Shown here one piece after another: positions 38,601 to 47,231 of a stretch of DNA of 64,000 bases (within the stretch, counting starts at the first letter, position 1; every line of letters starts with the position of its first letter). The notes under the pieces are model-generated. The model made no database searches, was not told the DNA's origin, and saw only the letters and a program-made list of their open reading frames with translations. Source of the DNA: an uncultured Chloroflexia bacterium (lineage in GTDB: Bacteria; Chloroflexota; Dehalococcoidia; UBA2979); NCBI GenBank assembly GCA_963728205.1, contig CAVSIV010000001.1, positions 512,001 through 576,000 of the forward strand, given 5' to 3'. The translations under genes were made by a program, and so were the position numbers.

Positions 38601-39882
38601 CAACGTCGACCTGATCGCGAGCGAGGGGAGCTACCAGTTCCTCGACGTGAACATGGGCGAGCGGTCGCCCGACGGGCGGGGCTCCGACGCGTGGGACGAT
38701 CCCGTGGTCGCGCACGAGATGACGCACTGGGTCTTCTTCAAGGCGCTCGAGCCGTACCCGCCGTTCACGCTCGTCGGTCTCATCGACATCGGCCACTCGC
38801 ACACCGCCTCCACCATCAGCTCGTTCAACCAGGCGCTGACCGAGGGCTGGGCGAACTACGTCGAGCTGTTCTGGGGTTCGGAGTTCAGCAGCACCGACCG
38901 CGTCCGCGGCTTCCCGATGGCGCCCGCGCAGGGACTGACCGGGCTCGTGCCGCGCAGCAGCACCGCGTGGCGGCATCTCTTCGGCGGCTCGACCGCCACG
39001 ACGCTGCCGTCGTTCGACGACCCGGAGCGCGGCCTCGAGAACGAGGGGTACTTCGCGAACACGCTCTACCAGCTGCACCGCGCGCTGACGGACCCGGGCG
39101 TCGTCTTCGCGGACTCTCCGGCCTACTGGCACCACTTCAACACGCACGTCACCGACGCCGCCTCCGAGCGCTACGCGAACACGATCTGGGAGGCGCTGCG
39201 GCGCTTCGACCCCGACCCGCCGACGGCGGATCTCGATCACGGAACGGCCGTCTACCTGCGCAACGTGCTTGCGCAGTTCCACGCGAAACAGTCGGCGTTC
39301 GCGGAAATCGCGCAGTCGATCTTCGCGCTCAACAACCAGCTGATGCCCCTCATCGCGATCACCGAGGGCACGTCGACCACGACGCCGGGGACCGCGATCG
39401 GCCCCACCGTGACGCTCGCACCCGGCGACACGCGCGACCTGATCATCCAGGTGACGGATGCCACCGGCGCCCCGCTCGCCGCGCACAACCTGCACCTGGT
39501 CGTGGGCGACACCGCGCGCTACGCGCTCGTCGGCGGGCCGCCCCCGATCCACCACGGTCGGCGTCGCCCCGCGAGCGCTCCGCCGAGCACGACGGACCTG
39601 TACCGCGCCACGAACGTCAACGGGATCGTCCGCGTGCAGTTCACGGCGCCCGCGTTGCCGAGTGGCGCGACGAGCCTGACCGACACGCTGCGCGTCGAAT
39701 ACCAGCCCGACTTCGACACCGATGCGACCTTCGATCCCCCGGAGAAGGGCGACGACCGCGAGACGACGCTGCGCCGCCTCTACCTCTACGAGCTGCGCGG
39801 TGCCGCGAAGACGTGGGCCGGCGCCGGTCAGAACTTCGGCGCCACGGTCTCGACCACGCTCACGTTCGAGGTGTCGTCGTGA
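35674..39882 (+). CDS. NHL-repeat beta-propeller protein with gluzincin-type metalloprotease domain
   Basis: Many NHL repeats (F..P.G.AVD...VYVAD.GN.RVQ); VVAHEMTH (38713) and LTEGWANY (~38840); GGAGGT RBS before GTG 35674. Confidence 0.8.
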   Translation: MADVTTTVHVRVSAFDPAQRALIPVPGAGVLVEDRGWLWDPDLSTGSDTTDASGLVAIPITYDDAGADKLNPYFTVSVPAGVRSVPAGADADHTFTLPDEWQTRHYVTRRARNILDHADPGSPLEIFVGLPAHLRVAYSDFDASGRRNPFALPEHTARVHLADYDTFLFIDFLNPDDTLTGVGYDIPGDRIVPAGDHDAYPYCDLWPTAPCALDGDPGPDPRAWTDPPRSPVGTLGGGSFDAVGPVAVDGHGFVFMVDGGVVRRFYPDGTLCETIPAPPSGAFSTPGGLALDRNRTLFVADTGNDRVVVYTPDWLDGGSGRYVHLTDVGSTGTGPRQFDHPAGLCVVPNRVVDGAELLAVADPGNHRVQVFGIDVLGADSSASLQAQRAFSVGLSFVTQFGAAGSGAGQFQEPVGVSADRDRRLFVCDRQLHRVSRWTPNGSATTYTHDVDWEKSGGGSGGGDGEFDTPEGIAVDVKNRTVYVAESGNGRVQRLDADSGAHLVHWIDADIAALAGALVPRGVAADARGDVYVADGGNGRVVRATPFDLDGTPRADGDAPRVVASPWTPRTEPDHMRGPAYVAFAPDGALWVSDTGNDRVLVYALHEAAPPDAPVVVTDGLAQPAGIAFAPDGAAFVVDAGNDRVLPFDASRAPQTALGASGSGAGQFSHPAGVAYAQRATPLLLVADRGNDRVQVLQADGTFLAPITTDGTTALSAPEDVAVNDAGQVFVADTANGRIVRFALQADGTTVFERAFPVPSRAVPVVAPSPSGVAWGPDGFLLVTDRAQEMVFRLSADGDLDAHWDLRALLGLSAGSGGAPDVIYRPELARQVLLSAPARAVLNDRGVMAIADAGHDRVRLVRVFSDIRVELFDLGEGLPDISLRAITKNDWRADLGLELNVGDVSIFDESQDFETEPEDDFSGDRYERWEVIRERNGSNAAINVMRLVRLVQTWYREQTRQDDADHRWGTSDHARTLNVDLIASEGSYQFLDVNMGERSPDGRGSDAWDDPVVAHEMTHWVFFKALEPYPPFTLVGLIDIGHSHTASTISSFNQALTEGWANYVELFWGSEFSSTDRVRGFPMAPAQGLTGLVPRSSTAWRHLFGGSTATTLPSFDDPERGLENEGYFANTLYQLHRALTDPGVVFADSPAYWHHFNTHVTDAASERYANTIWEALRRFDPDPPTADLDHGTAVYLRNVLAQFHAKQSAFAEIAQSIFALNNQLMPLIAITEGTSTTTPGTAIGPTVTLAPGDTRDLIIQVTDATGAPLAAHNLHLVVGDTARYALVGGPPPIHHGRRRPASAPPSTTDLYRATNVNGIVRVQFTAPALPSGATSLTDTLRVEYQPDFDTDATFDPPEKGDDRETTLRRLYLYELRGAAKTWAGAGQNFGATVSTTLTFEVSS

Positions 39883-39967
39883 CCCCCTCGGCGCGGGAGG
39901 CGCGTGTGGCGCGTGTGGCGCGATCGATCACGCGACGGCGGACGGGCCGGGTGCGGGAGGTGGCCGC

Positions 39968-41089
39968 GTGGTAGGACTGCCCGGCCTCGGCAGCTCTGCG
40001 CCGCCCGCGGTGCGGCGCCCGGTGTTCGCCGTCGGCAGCGGCGGCGCGGGCGGCGGTGCGCTCGGCGGGCTGGCGTCGGCGGCCGGCCTGCCGGCGCCGG
40101 GCGGCGCCAATCCCTGGCAGCGCAGCCTCGTCGCGCTCGCGATCGACACGGCGCCCGCGCCCGCCGTCGACGTCGCCGAGCTCTGGCTCGCCGCCGACGC
40201 AGAGGCGCCGAGCGTCGCCGTCGGCGACGCTCTCGCGGTGTCGCTCGGCTACGAGGACGAGGGCGCGCCGACCACCGTCTTCACCGGTACGGTCGACGCC
40301 GTGCGCCGCTCGGTCGCCGGCGCGCAGCAGGTCACGCTGACGAACGCCGGCGCGCTGCTCGGCCGCACGCGGGTCAACCAGAGCTACACGCAGCAATCCG
40401 CCGGACAAATCGTGAGCGACCTCGCGACGCGCGCCGGCGTGGACACGGGCGGGGTCGAGGACGGCATCGAGCTGCCGTTCTTCGTCGTCGACGACCGGCG
40501 CACGATGCTGGTGCACCTCGCCGGGCTCGCGCGTCGCTCGGGCTACCTGCTGACGGTCGGCCCCGACGGCGCGCTCGCGTTCGGCCCCCCGGACGCGGGC
40601 TCGGCCGTGCAGACCTTCACCTACGGCGTCGACGTCGTGGCGTTCGACGCGAGCGAGCAGGCGCCGACAATCGGCGCCGTCACCGCCGTGGGCGAGGGGG
40701 CGGCCGGGAGCGAGGGCCAGGACGCGTGGAGCTGGACGGTGAGCGACGCCGCCGGCGCGAGCGGCAGCGCCGGCAGCGGCGATCCCGCGCGCCTGGTGGT
40801 GGACCGCGCGCTGCGCTCGGCCGCCGCCGCGCGCACCGCGGCCGCCGGCATCGCCGACGCCGCCGCGCGCGTGAGCACGCGCGGGCGGCTGCTCGTCCCG
40901 GGGGCCGCGGCCGTCACCGTGGGCCACACCGTCGGCGTTGCCGGCGCCCCGGTGGACGCGCTGAACGGCGACTGGATCGCGCTCGCGGTGCGGCACCGCT
41001 TCGACAAGCAGACGGGGTTCCGGACGGTGATCGAGGTCGGCAAGGCCGGCGGCGGCGGGGCGGCCGGGGCGCTGGGAGGGCTGCTGTGA
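39968..41089 (+). CDS. Baseplate hub (GpD/gp27-like, N-terminal VgrG/Afp8 half)
   Basis: VSLGY....VFTG.VD; SAGQIVSDLA; LARRSGY....DGAL.F; TFTYG; NGDW....VRHRFD...GF.T. Confidence 0.8.
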   Translation: MVGLPGLGSSAPPAVRRPVFAVGSGGAGGGALGGLASAAGLPAPGGANPWQRSLVALAIDTAPAPAVDVAELWLAADAEAPSVAVGDALAVSLGYEDEGAPTTVFTGTVDAVRRSVAGAQQVTLTNAGALLGRTRVNQSYTQQSAGQIVSDLATRAGVDTGGVEDGIELPFFVVDDRRTMLVHLAGLARRSGYLLTVGPDGALAFGPPDAGSAVQTFTYGVDVVAFDASEQAPTIGAVTAVGEGAAGSEGQDAWSWTVSDAAGASGSAGSGDPARLVVDRALRSAAAARTAAAGIADAAARVSTRGRLLVPGAAAVTVGHTVGVAGAPVDALNGDWIALAVRHRFDKQTGFRTVIEVGKAGGGGAAGALGGLL

Positions 41090-41736
41090 CGACCCTCACG
41101 CTCTACGACACCATCCGCCGCATCGTGATGGAGGAGCTCGCCGGGCTGCGCGGCGCCGAGCTCGGCGTCGTCGAGGATCAGCATCCGCACGCGAGCGACT
41201 CGGACACCGACAACTACGCGTGCACCGTGCGGCTGCGCGACTCCGACATCGTCCTGCCGCACGTCCCCGTGGCGACGCAGCGCCTGGGCACGGTCGCGAT
41301 CCCCGCCGTCGGCGACCTCGTGCTCGTGCAGTTCCTCGCGGGCGACGTGAACGCGCCGGTGATCACGGGACGGCTCTACGACGAGAACACGCGCCCGCCG
41401 GTGAACGAGGACGGCCACGCGGTGATCCACCTGCCGCCCGGCGCGGGCGACGACGACGCGGTGCACGTCGACCTGCGCAGCGGCGACACGCGCGAGCTGG
41501 TCCTCAAGCTCGGCTCGGGGCTCTCGCTCACGCTGCGCGACGACGACCCGGTCGTCGAGCTGAGCGTCGACGGCGGCAAGGCGACCGTGAAGATCGATCG
41601 CGACGGCGCCGTGCAGGTGGAGAGCCAGGGCAAGCTCGGCCTGAAGGGCGACGACGTCAAGATCGAGGGCTCGAGCGTCAGCGTCGAGGCGTCGGGGGAG
41701 CTCAAGCTCAAGGGTTCGACGGTCAACATCAACTGA
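41086..41736 (+). CDS. Baseplate spike (GpV/Gp5 OB-fold)
   Basis: IPAVGDLVLVQFLAGDVNAPVITGRLY; C-terminal beta-helix repeats ending LKGSTVNIN. Confidence 0.9.
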   Translation: MTTLTLYDTIRRIVMEELAGLRGAELGVVEDQHPHASDSDTDNYACTVRLRDSDIVLPHVPVATQRLGTVAIPAVGDLVLVQFLAGDVNAPVITGRLYDENTRPPVNEDGHAVIHLPPGAGDDDAVHVDLRSGDTRELVLKLGSGLSLTLRDDDPVVELSVDGGKATVKIDRDGAVQVESQGKLGLKGDDVKIEGSSVSVEASGELKLKGSTVNIN

Positions 41737-41775
41737 CTGCGCGCGGCGCGACGCGCGCGGCGAGGGGAGACGGCG

Positions 41776-42171
41776 ATGGGGCAGCCGGCGGCGAAGCAAG
41801 GCGACCAGGTGATCGGCACCGACATTCATATCGTGATGATCCCGTCGCCCGGCGGCCCGGTGCCGACGCCGCTGCCGCACCCGTTCGCGGGACAGCTCGA
41901 CGGCAGCCTGAGCTCGGACGTCAACATCGAGGGCAAGCCGGCCGCGGTGGTGGGGAGCACCGCGACGAACAGCCCGTCGCACGTGCCGCAGGGCGGTCCG
42001 TTCCAGAAGCCGCCCGCGAACCAGGGCACGGTCCAGCTCGGGAGCATGACCGTGAACATCAACGGCAAGGGCGCGGCGCGCGCCGGCGACATGGCGATGA
42101 CCTGCAACGACCCGGCGGATGCGCCCGTCGGCAGCGTCATCGCCGCCGGCACCGTCATGATCGGGGGATAG
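41776..42171 (+). CDS. PAAR-domain spike tip protein
   Basis: PAAKQGD, V.IEGKPAA, VNINGKGAARAGD...C and TVMIGG motifs. Confidence 0.95.
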   Translation: MGQPAAKQGDQVIGTDIHIVMIPSPGGPVPTPLPHPFAGQLDGSLSSDVNIEGKPAAVVGSTATNSPSHVPQGGPFQKPPANQGTVQLGSMTVNINGKGAARAGDMAMTCNDPADAPVGSVIAAGTVMIGG

Positions 42172-42176
42172 GCAAG

Positions 42177-42656
42177 ATGCCCGGCGACGCGCACCTGCTC
42201 TCCGACATCCGCATCGACCTCCGCGAGGCGACGCTGCGACCGGTGTACGGCGTCGGCGAAGAGCGTCGGCAGGTCACCACGCGCCAGGGGCCGCGCCGGA
42301 TCGTCGACTTCGCGACCACCGACGGCCGGGACAACCTGGGTCAGGCCGTCGCGCTGCGGCTCCTCACGCCGCGCGGGGAGCTGAGCGCGCTGGCGCACCC
42401 CGAGTACGGCTCCCGGCTCCACGAGCTGATCGGCCGGCCGAACACCGCCACGACGCGGGACCTCGTGCGGCTGTTCGTGCTCGAGAGCCTGCAGCGCGAG
42501 CCCCGCATCGCGCGCATCGTCGACCTCGTGATCACCGCGCGCGACACCGGCGACGCGACGGTGCGCAGCCTCGTCGACGTGGCGCTGCGCGTGCAGCCCG
42601 CGGACGCGCCGGCCGGGAACGTGGTCGACCTCGGCCCGTTCACGATCGCGCTCTAG
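42177..42656 (+). CDS. Baseplate wedge GpW/gp25 family
   Basis: NLGQA..LRLLTPRGEL..L.HPEYGSRLHELIG...L.REPRI. Confidence 0.9.
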   Translation: MPGDAHLLSDIRIDLREATLRPVYGVGEERRQVTTRQGPRRIVDFATTDGRDNLGQAVALRLLTPRGELSALAHPEYGSRLHELIGRPNTATTRDLVRLFVLESLQREPRIARIVDLVITARDTGDATVRSLVDVALRVQPADAPAGNVVDLGPFTIAL

Positions 42657-42678
42657 CGAGCGAGAAGAGGAGCCGCCC

Positions 42679-44451
42679 GTGAGCTTTCGACGTCGCACGT
42701 TCCCCGAGGTGCTCGATGGCGTCCTGACCAGCGTCGTGGGCGGCGTCGCCGGCGAGACGCATCCGTTCCCGCCGACGGTCGACGGGAGCGCGCCGTACCA
42801 GCAGCAGCTCGAGCAGCCCCCGGTCGCGCAGATCGTGTCGGTCTGGGGCGGCCGCGACGGCCAGCCGCACCAGTTCCGCGCGGGCAGCGACTTCGAGCTG
42901 GCCGAGGACCGCCAGACGCTGAGCTGGCTCGAGGGCGCCGAGTTGCCCGATCCCGGCACGCTGATCGTGGTGAACTACCTCCCCGCCTCCGCGCAGGCCG
43001 ATGTGACCGACCTCCAGCCCGGCAGCGTCGTCCGCACGCTCGCCGAGTCGATCGCGCTGGAGATCGCGCGCCTCTCCGCGCAGCTCGAGGGCGTCTACCG
43101 CGACGGCTTCATCGACACCGCGAGCGGATCGGCGCTGGACAAGGTCGTCGCGCTGCTCGGCGTCGAACGCGTGAGCGGCGGCCGCGCGAGCGGCGACGTG
43201 CGCTTCACGCGCGTCGCCGGCGGTCGCGGCGCGATCACGATCCCCGCCGGCACGCGCCTGATGACCGCCGACGGCGAGATCGAGTACGAGACCACCGAGG
43301 CCGTGACGATGGCCGACGGCCAGAACGCGATCCGCGTGAGCGCCCGGGACATCGAGGCCAACGACCCGCTGCCCGCCGACGCGCTGACGGTGCTGCCGGC
43401 CCCGATCAGCGGGATCGGGGGCGTGACGAACCCGGCTCCGACCGCGCTCTCGGCGCGCGACGAGACCGATGCCGAGCTGCGCACACGCGCGAAGAGCTTC
43501 CTGTTCGGCAGCGAGCGAGCGACGCTCGGCGCGCTGCGCCGCGCGGTCGCGTGGCAGCAGATCGCGGCCGACGTCGAGGAGCTGGCGTCCGAGCCGGGCC
43601 ACGTGCGCATCACGCCGCACGTGGACGTGCTCGCGCCGGAGGCGGAGCAGCGGCTGCTCACGGCGATCAACGACACCCGCCCCGCGGGTGTCGTCGTCGA
43701 GCTCGCCGGCGCCGTGCCGCCGAAGCGCGTCGATCTCGAGCTGCGCCTCACCACCGCCGACGGGCTCACCGAGCCGCAGCTGCGCGCGGCGCAGCGCGCG
43801 GTGCGGGCGAGCATCGAGCAGTACTTCGCCGGGCTCCCCGCGCGCGAGGACGCGAGCGTGAACCGCATCGTCGGCCTGGCGCTCGGCGTGCCGGAGGTGA
43901 GCGACCTGCGGCTGCTCAGCGTGACCGTCGACGGCGCCGACGTGCTCGACGTCGAGGCCGGCCGGATCACGATCTCCGGGTTCCCGACGGTGCTCGGCGC
44001 GCTGCGCATCGCCGACCCGGCCCTGCCCACCGTGGTGAACGTCGCGGTGACCTACCCACAGGGCGAGGCGCCGCCGGACCAGCCGTCAATCGAAGCGGCG
44101 CTCACCGCGATGCTCGACTACCTGGACACGCTCAACGCCGGCGAGCCGGCCGCGGACGCGACGCCGTCCGAGCTCGCGCGTCGCTCGATCGGCTTCGGCA
44201 AGGTGCTGTGGTCGCTGCCGCTGCCGAACCACCCCGCGCAGCCGCTCGCGGCGTACGACGACGCGGCGTCGCCGCCGGCGCTGCCCGACGAGACGGCGGT
44301 CGCGCCCTACGCCGTCACCGTCACGTTCAGCCAGGAGAGCGGCGTCAGCCAGGTGCTGCAGGCGGCGGGCGACCCGCCGTACGCGCTCACGCCGTTCGAA
44401 CGAGTGCTGCTCGGCGAGGTCGTGGTCGCCGCGGAGTCCGCCGGTGCCTGA
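42679..44451 (+). CDS. Baseplate J/gp47 family protein
   Basis: GSVVRTLAE, FIDTASG.ALD....LLGV.R, TIPAGT, VTNP and ETDAELRTR motifs; RPAGV. Confidence 0.92.
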   Translation: MSFRRRTFPEVLDGVLTSVVGGVAGETHPFPPTVDGSAPYQQQLEQPPVAQIVSVWGGRDGQPHQFRAGSDFELAEDRQTLSWLEGAELPDPGTLIVVNYLPASAQADVTDLQPGSVVRTLAESIALEIARLSAQLEGVYRDGFIDTASGSALDKVVALLGVERVSGGRASGDVRFTRVAGGRGAITIPAGTRLMTADGEIEYETTEAVTMADGQNAIRVSARDIEANDPLPADALTVLPAPISGIGGVTNPAPTALSARDETDAELRTRAKSFLFGSERATLGALRRAVAWQQIAADVEELASEPGHVRITPHVDVLAPEAEQRLLTAINDTRPAGVVVELAGAVPPKRVDLELRLTTADGLTEPQLRAAQRAVRASIEQYFAGLPAREDASVNRIVGLALGVPEVSDLRLLSVTVDGADVLDVEAGRITISGFPTVLGALRIADPALPTVVNVAVTYPQGEAPPDQPSIEAALTAMLDYLDTLNAGEPAADATPSELARRSIGFGKVLWSLPLPNHPAQPLAAYDDAASPPALPDETAVAPYAVTVTFSQESGVSQVLQAAGDPPYALTPFERVLLGEVVVAAESAGA

Positions 44452-47212
44452 GTACGAGGCGATCCGCGACCGCCTGCCGACGCTCTACCGTCCGCAGGAG
44501 GGCGATCCGGCGAGCGCCCGGCTGCCGCTGCGCGCCGCGGATCTCGCCGCCGTGAACGACGGCGCGCCGCCGGCAATCGCGGAGCGCGGCGACGGCTCGC
44601 TCGACCTCACGTTCGACGCGCCGACCGCGGTGCGCTCGCTCCGTTTCGCCGCCGGCGTCTCCCCCGGCACCGTCGTCACCGTCGAGTTGCGGCGCTTCCC
44701 CGCCGGCGTGCCCGCCGTGCTGCCGGCGGCGACCGCCCCGCTCGTGCGCCGCGTCGCCGGCTTCGCCGGCGACTTCGCCGATGCGCGCGTGAACGTCCGC
44801 CTCGTGCGGCCGGCGCTGTTCGAGACGTTCCTGCGCGGTGCCGCGCGTCCGCTCGACGAGCTCGGGCGCGAGGCCGCGGAGGTGATGCAGGCGCACTGGC
44901 TCGACTACGCCGACCGCGGCCTCTTCAGCCCGTACCTCGCGCGCGTCCACGAGCTCGCCGACGCCGCCCCGCCGGCCCGCGCCGACGCCGACGTCGTGAC
45001 GTTCCCGTTCCTCGACGACCTCCCCCGCCTCGGCTCGCTCATCCCGCTGCCCCCCTGGCGCGAGCCGCCCGCGAGCCGCGAGCGCGTCGAGGGGTACCGG
45101 CAGCGCATCCGTCGGATCGTCGCGCTCTACCGCCGCGGCGTCGGCACGCTGCCGGCCGTGCGCGCGATGGCGGAGGCGTCGCTCCCGGTCGACCTCACGG
45201 CGCCGGCGGGGCTGCGCGACCGCCCGCTCGGCGTCGAGGAGTTCGCGCCGCTCGTGCGCCGCGTGTTCCCCGCGCCGACGCGCGCGCAGCCCGACGCAAT
45301 CGTCGGTCCGCTGATGCGCTGGGCGATGACGAACGACGGCCTCGAGGCCGCGCCGCCCACGCTCTACGTCGAAGGCACGACGCCGGATTCCGGCGTCGAC
45401 CCGACGGCACGGCCGCTGCTCGAGCTCTTCAGCGCCGGCGGCAATCGCGTGCGGATCGGCATCGCCTACGAGGGCACGGTCGCGGCGGGGCAGGTGCTAC
45501 GCGTGCGGCCGGCGTACTCGTCGTGGCTGGCCGGCGACGGCGGGCTTGCCGTCGCGACCGCACTCCCCGCCGACGACGCGCCGGCGAGCCGTGCGGCGGC
45601 CGGGCCGTGGTCGGCCGCGCCCGGTGCGCCGGGCGGGCCCGTCACCGCGGTGCGCCAGGTCGCCAATCACAGCCTGTGGGCGGCGACCTTCGACGCCGGC
45701 GCCGGCACCGGCTCGCTGTGGCGCTTCGACGGGGCGACCTGGACCGAGGCGCTGCCCGGCCTGCCGGAGGTGCATGCCCTCGCCGCCGACGGCGACGACC
45801 TGCTCGTCGGCACGGCCTCGGGGCTGTTCCGGCTGCCGCTCTACCCGCCGGAAGGCGAGGCGTTCGCGCCGGCGCCAGCGCCCGGCGACCTCTCGGGGCC
45901 CGCCGTCCACGCGCTTCTCCGCGGCGCCGACGGCACCTGGTGGGTCGGGGCCGAGCAGGGTCTCGCGCGGCTCGGCGACGGCGACGTGCTCGACTGGTTC
46001 GGTCTCGGCGCCGTAGCCGAGACGGCCGTGCCCGTTTACGCGCTGTTCGAGGACGCGACGGGATCGCTCTACGTGGGAACGCAGCGCGGCCTGTTCGAGT
46101 ACCAGCCGTCACGCGGGCACTGGTACTGGTACGAGGGCCGCGAGCACAGCGAGAGCGCGCCGGACTGGCGTCCGTTCCGGCCCGAGGCGAGCGGCGACGA
46201 GCGCGGCTTCCCCGCGGAGGACGACGTCTTCCTGCCACCCGTGCGCGCCGTGCGCCGCGGACCCGACGCCGCGCTGTGGGTCGGCACCGACGCCGGCATC
46301 GCGCGCTACTACGCGCGGCCGGCGCGCGGCCTCGCCTACTCGACGTTGCTCGAGGCGTTCGCGGATCTCGCGGCGGGGCCGGTGACGGCGATCGAGGAGG
46401 ACGGCCGGCGCGGGCTCTGGTTCGCGACGACGCAGGGGCTGTTCCGGTACGACGGGCGCGACTTCTGGCAGGCGCAGTCCGGCGCCTTCGTGCGGCTGCC
46501 GCTCGGCAACGCGGTCGCCCCCGACCCGGAGGAGCCGCGCTTCTGGCGCTTCGATCGGGCCGGGGGGCACTGGCAGTCGCTCGACCCCGCGTCGCCGGGC
46601 GCGCTGTGGACCGCGTTCACCCCCGAGCCGCGGGGCACCGCCGAGCCCGCCGTGCGCGCGCTCGCCTGGACGGCCGGCGCCGCCGCCGATCTCGGCAGCT
46701 TCGACGGCGACGCGTTCACCTCGGACCCCGGGGCGACGCCGGCGGCGCTGCGAATGCGCTACAAGCCGACGGACGATCGCGTCGTCGACGGCGGCATCCC
46801 GGCGGTGCCGCTCCTCCCGGTGGGCGACTCCACCTGGCGCTACCTCGCGCTCGAGAGCACGTCCGACGCGGTGTCGCCGCGGCGCCCTGCGTGGACAATC
46901 GAGGGGCGGCTCCTCCCGCCGCCGGACGCGGCGCCGCCGCTCGAGGGCCGCTTTGGCCAGTCGCCGGCGGCGGAGTTCAGCGACTTCGACGACGCGGCGT
47001 TCGCGTTCCATCCGGCCGCCCGCGTGCGGTTCGAGTGGGAGGCGCGCCGGCCATTCACCGTCCTGGTGCGGCTGGGTCTGCTGGACGGGGAGGGGCAGAT
47101 CGCCCCCGCGGTGCTCGACCGCGTGTGGCAGGGCGTCGAGCAGGTGCGGCCGGCGGGCGTGCGCGCCCTGGTGGCAGTGGAAGACCGGCTGGTTCGAGGC
47201 GAAACCGGATAA
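44444..47212 (+). CDS. gpI-like baseplate wedge protein with inserted beta-propeller (putative receptor-binding)
   Basis: RLP.LYRP; YRQRIRRIV.LYRRG.GT...V; C-terminal VRPAGV; middle has repeated V.AL......LWVGT..GL blades. Confidence 0.7.
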   Translation: MPEYEAIRDRLPTLYRPQEGDPASARLPLRAADLAAVNDGAPPAIAERGDGSLDLTFDAPTAVRSLRFAAGVSPGTVVTVELRRFPAGVPAVLPAATAPLVRRVAGFAGDFADARVNVRLVRPALFETFLRGAARPLDELGREAAEVMQAHWLDYADRGLFSPYLARVHELADAAPPARADADVVTFPFLDDLPRLGSLIPLPPWREPPASRERVEGYRQRIRRIVALYRRGVGTLPAVRAMAEASLPVDLTAPAGLRDRPLGVEEFAPLVRRVFPAPTRAQPDAIVGPLMRWAMTNDGLEAAPPTLYVEGTTPDSGVDPTARPLLELFSAGGNRVRIGIAYEGTVAAGQVLRVRPAYSSWLAGDGGLAVATALPADDAPASRAAAGPWSAAPGAPGGPVTAVRQVANHSLWAATFDAGAGTGSLWRFDGATWTEALPGLPEVHALAADGDDLLVGTASGLFRLPLYPPEGEAFAPAPAPGDLSGPAVHALLRGADGTWWVGAEQGLARLGDGDVLDWFGLGAVAETAVPVYALFEDATGSLYVGTQRGLFEYQPSRGHWYWYEGREHSESAPDWRPFRPEASGDERGFPAEDDVFLPPVRAVRRGPDAALWVGTDAGIARYYARPARGLAYSTLLEAFADLAAGPVTAIEEDGRRGLWFATTQGLFRYDGRDFWQAQSGAFVRLPLGNAVAPDPEEPRFWRFDRAGGHWQSLDPASPGALWTAFTPEPRGTAEPAVRALAWTAGAAADLGSFDGDAFTSDPGATPAALRMRYKPTDDRVVDGGIPAVPLLPVGDSTWRYLALESTSDAVSPRRPAWTIEGRLLPPPDAAPPLEGRFGQSPAAEFSDFDDAAFAFHPAARVRFEWEARRPFTVLVRLGLLDGEGQIAPAVLDRVWQGVEQVRPAGVRALVAVEDRLVRGETG

Positions 47213-47231
47213 GCGAAGAAGAGGCGGAACC

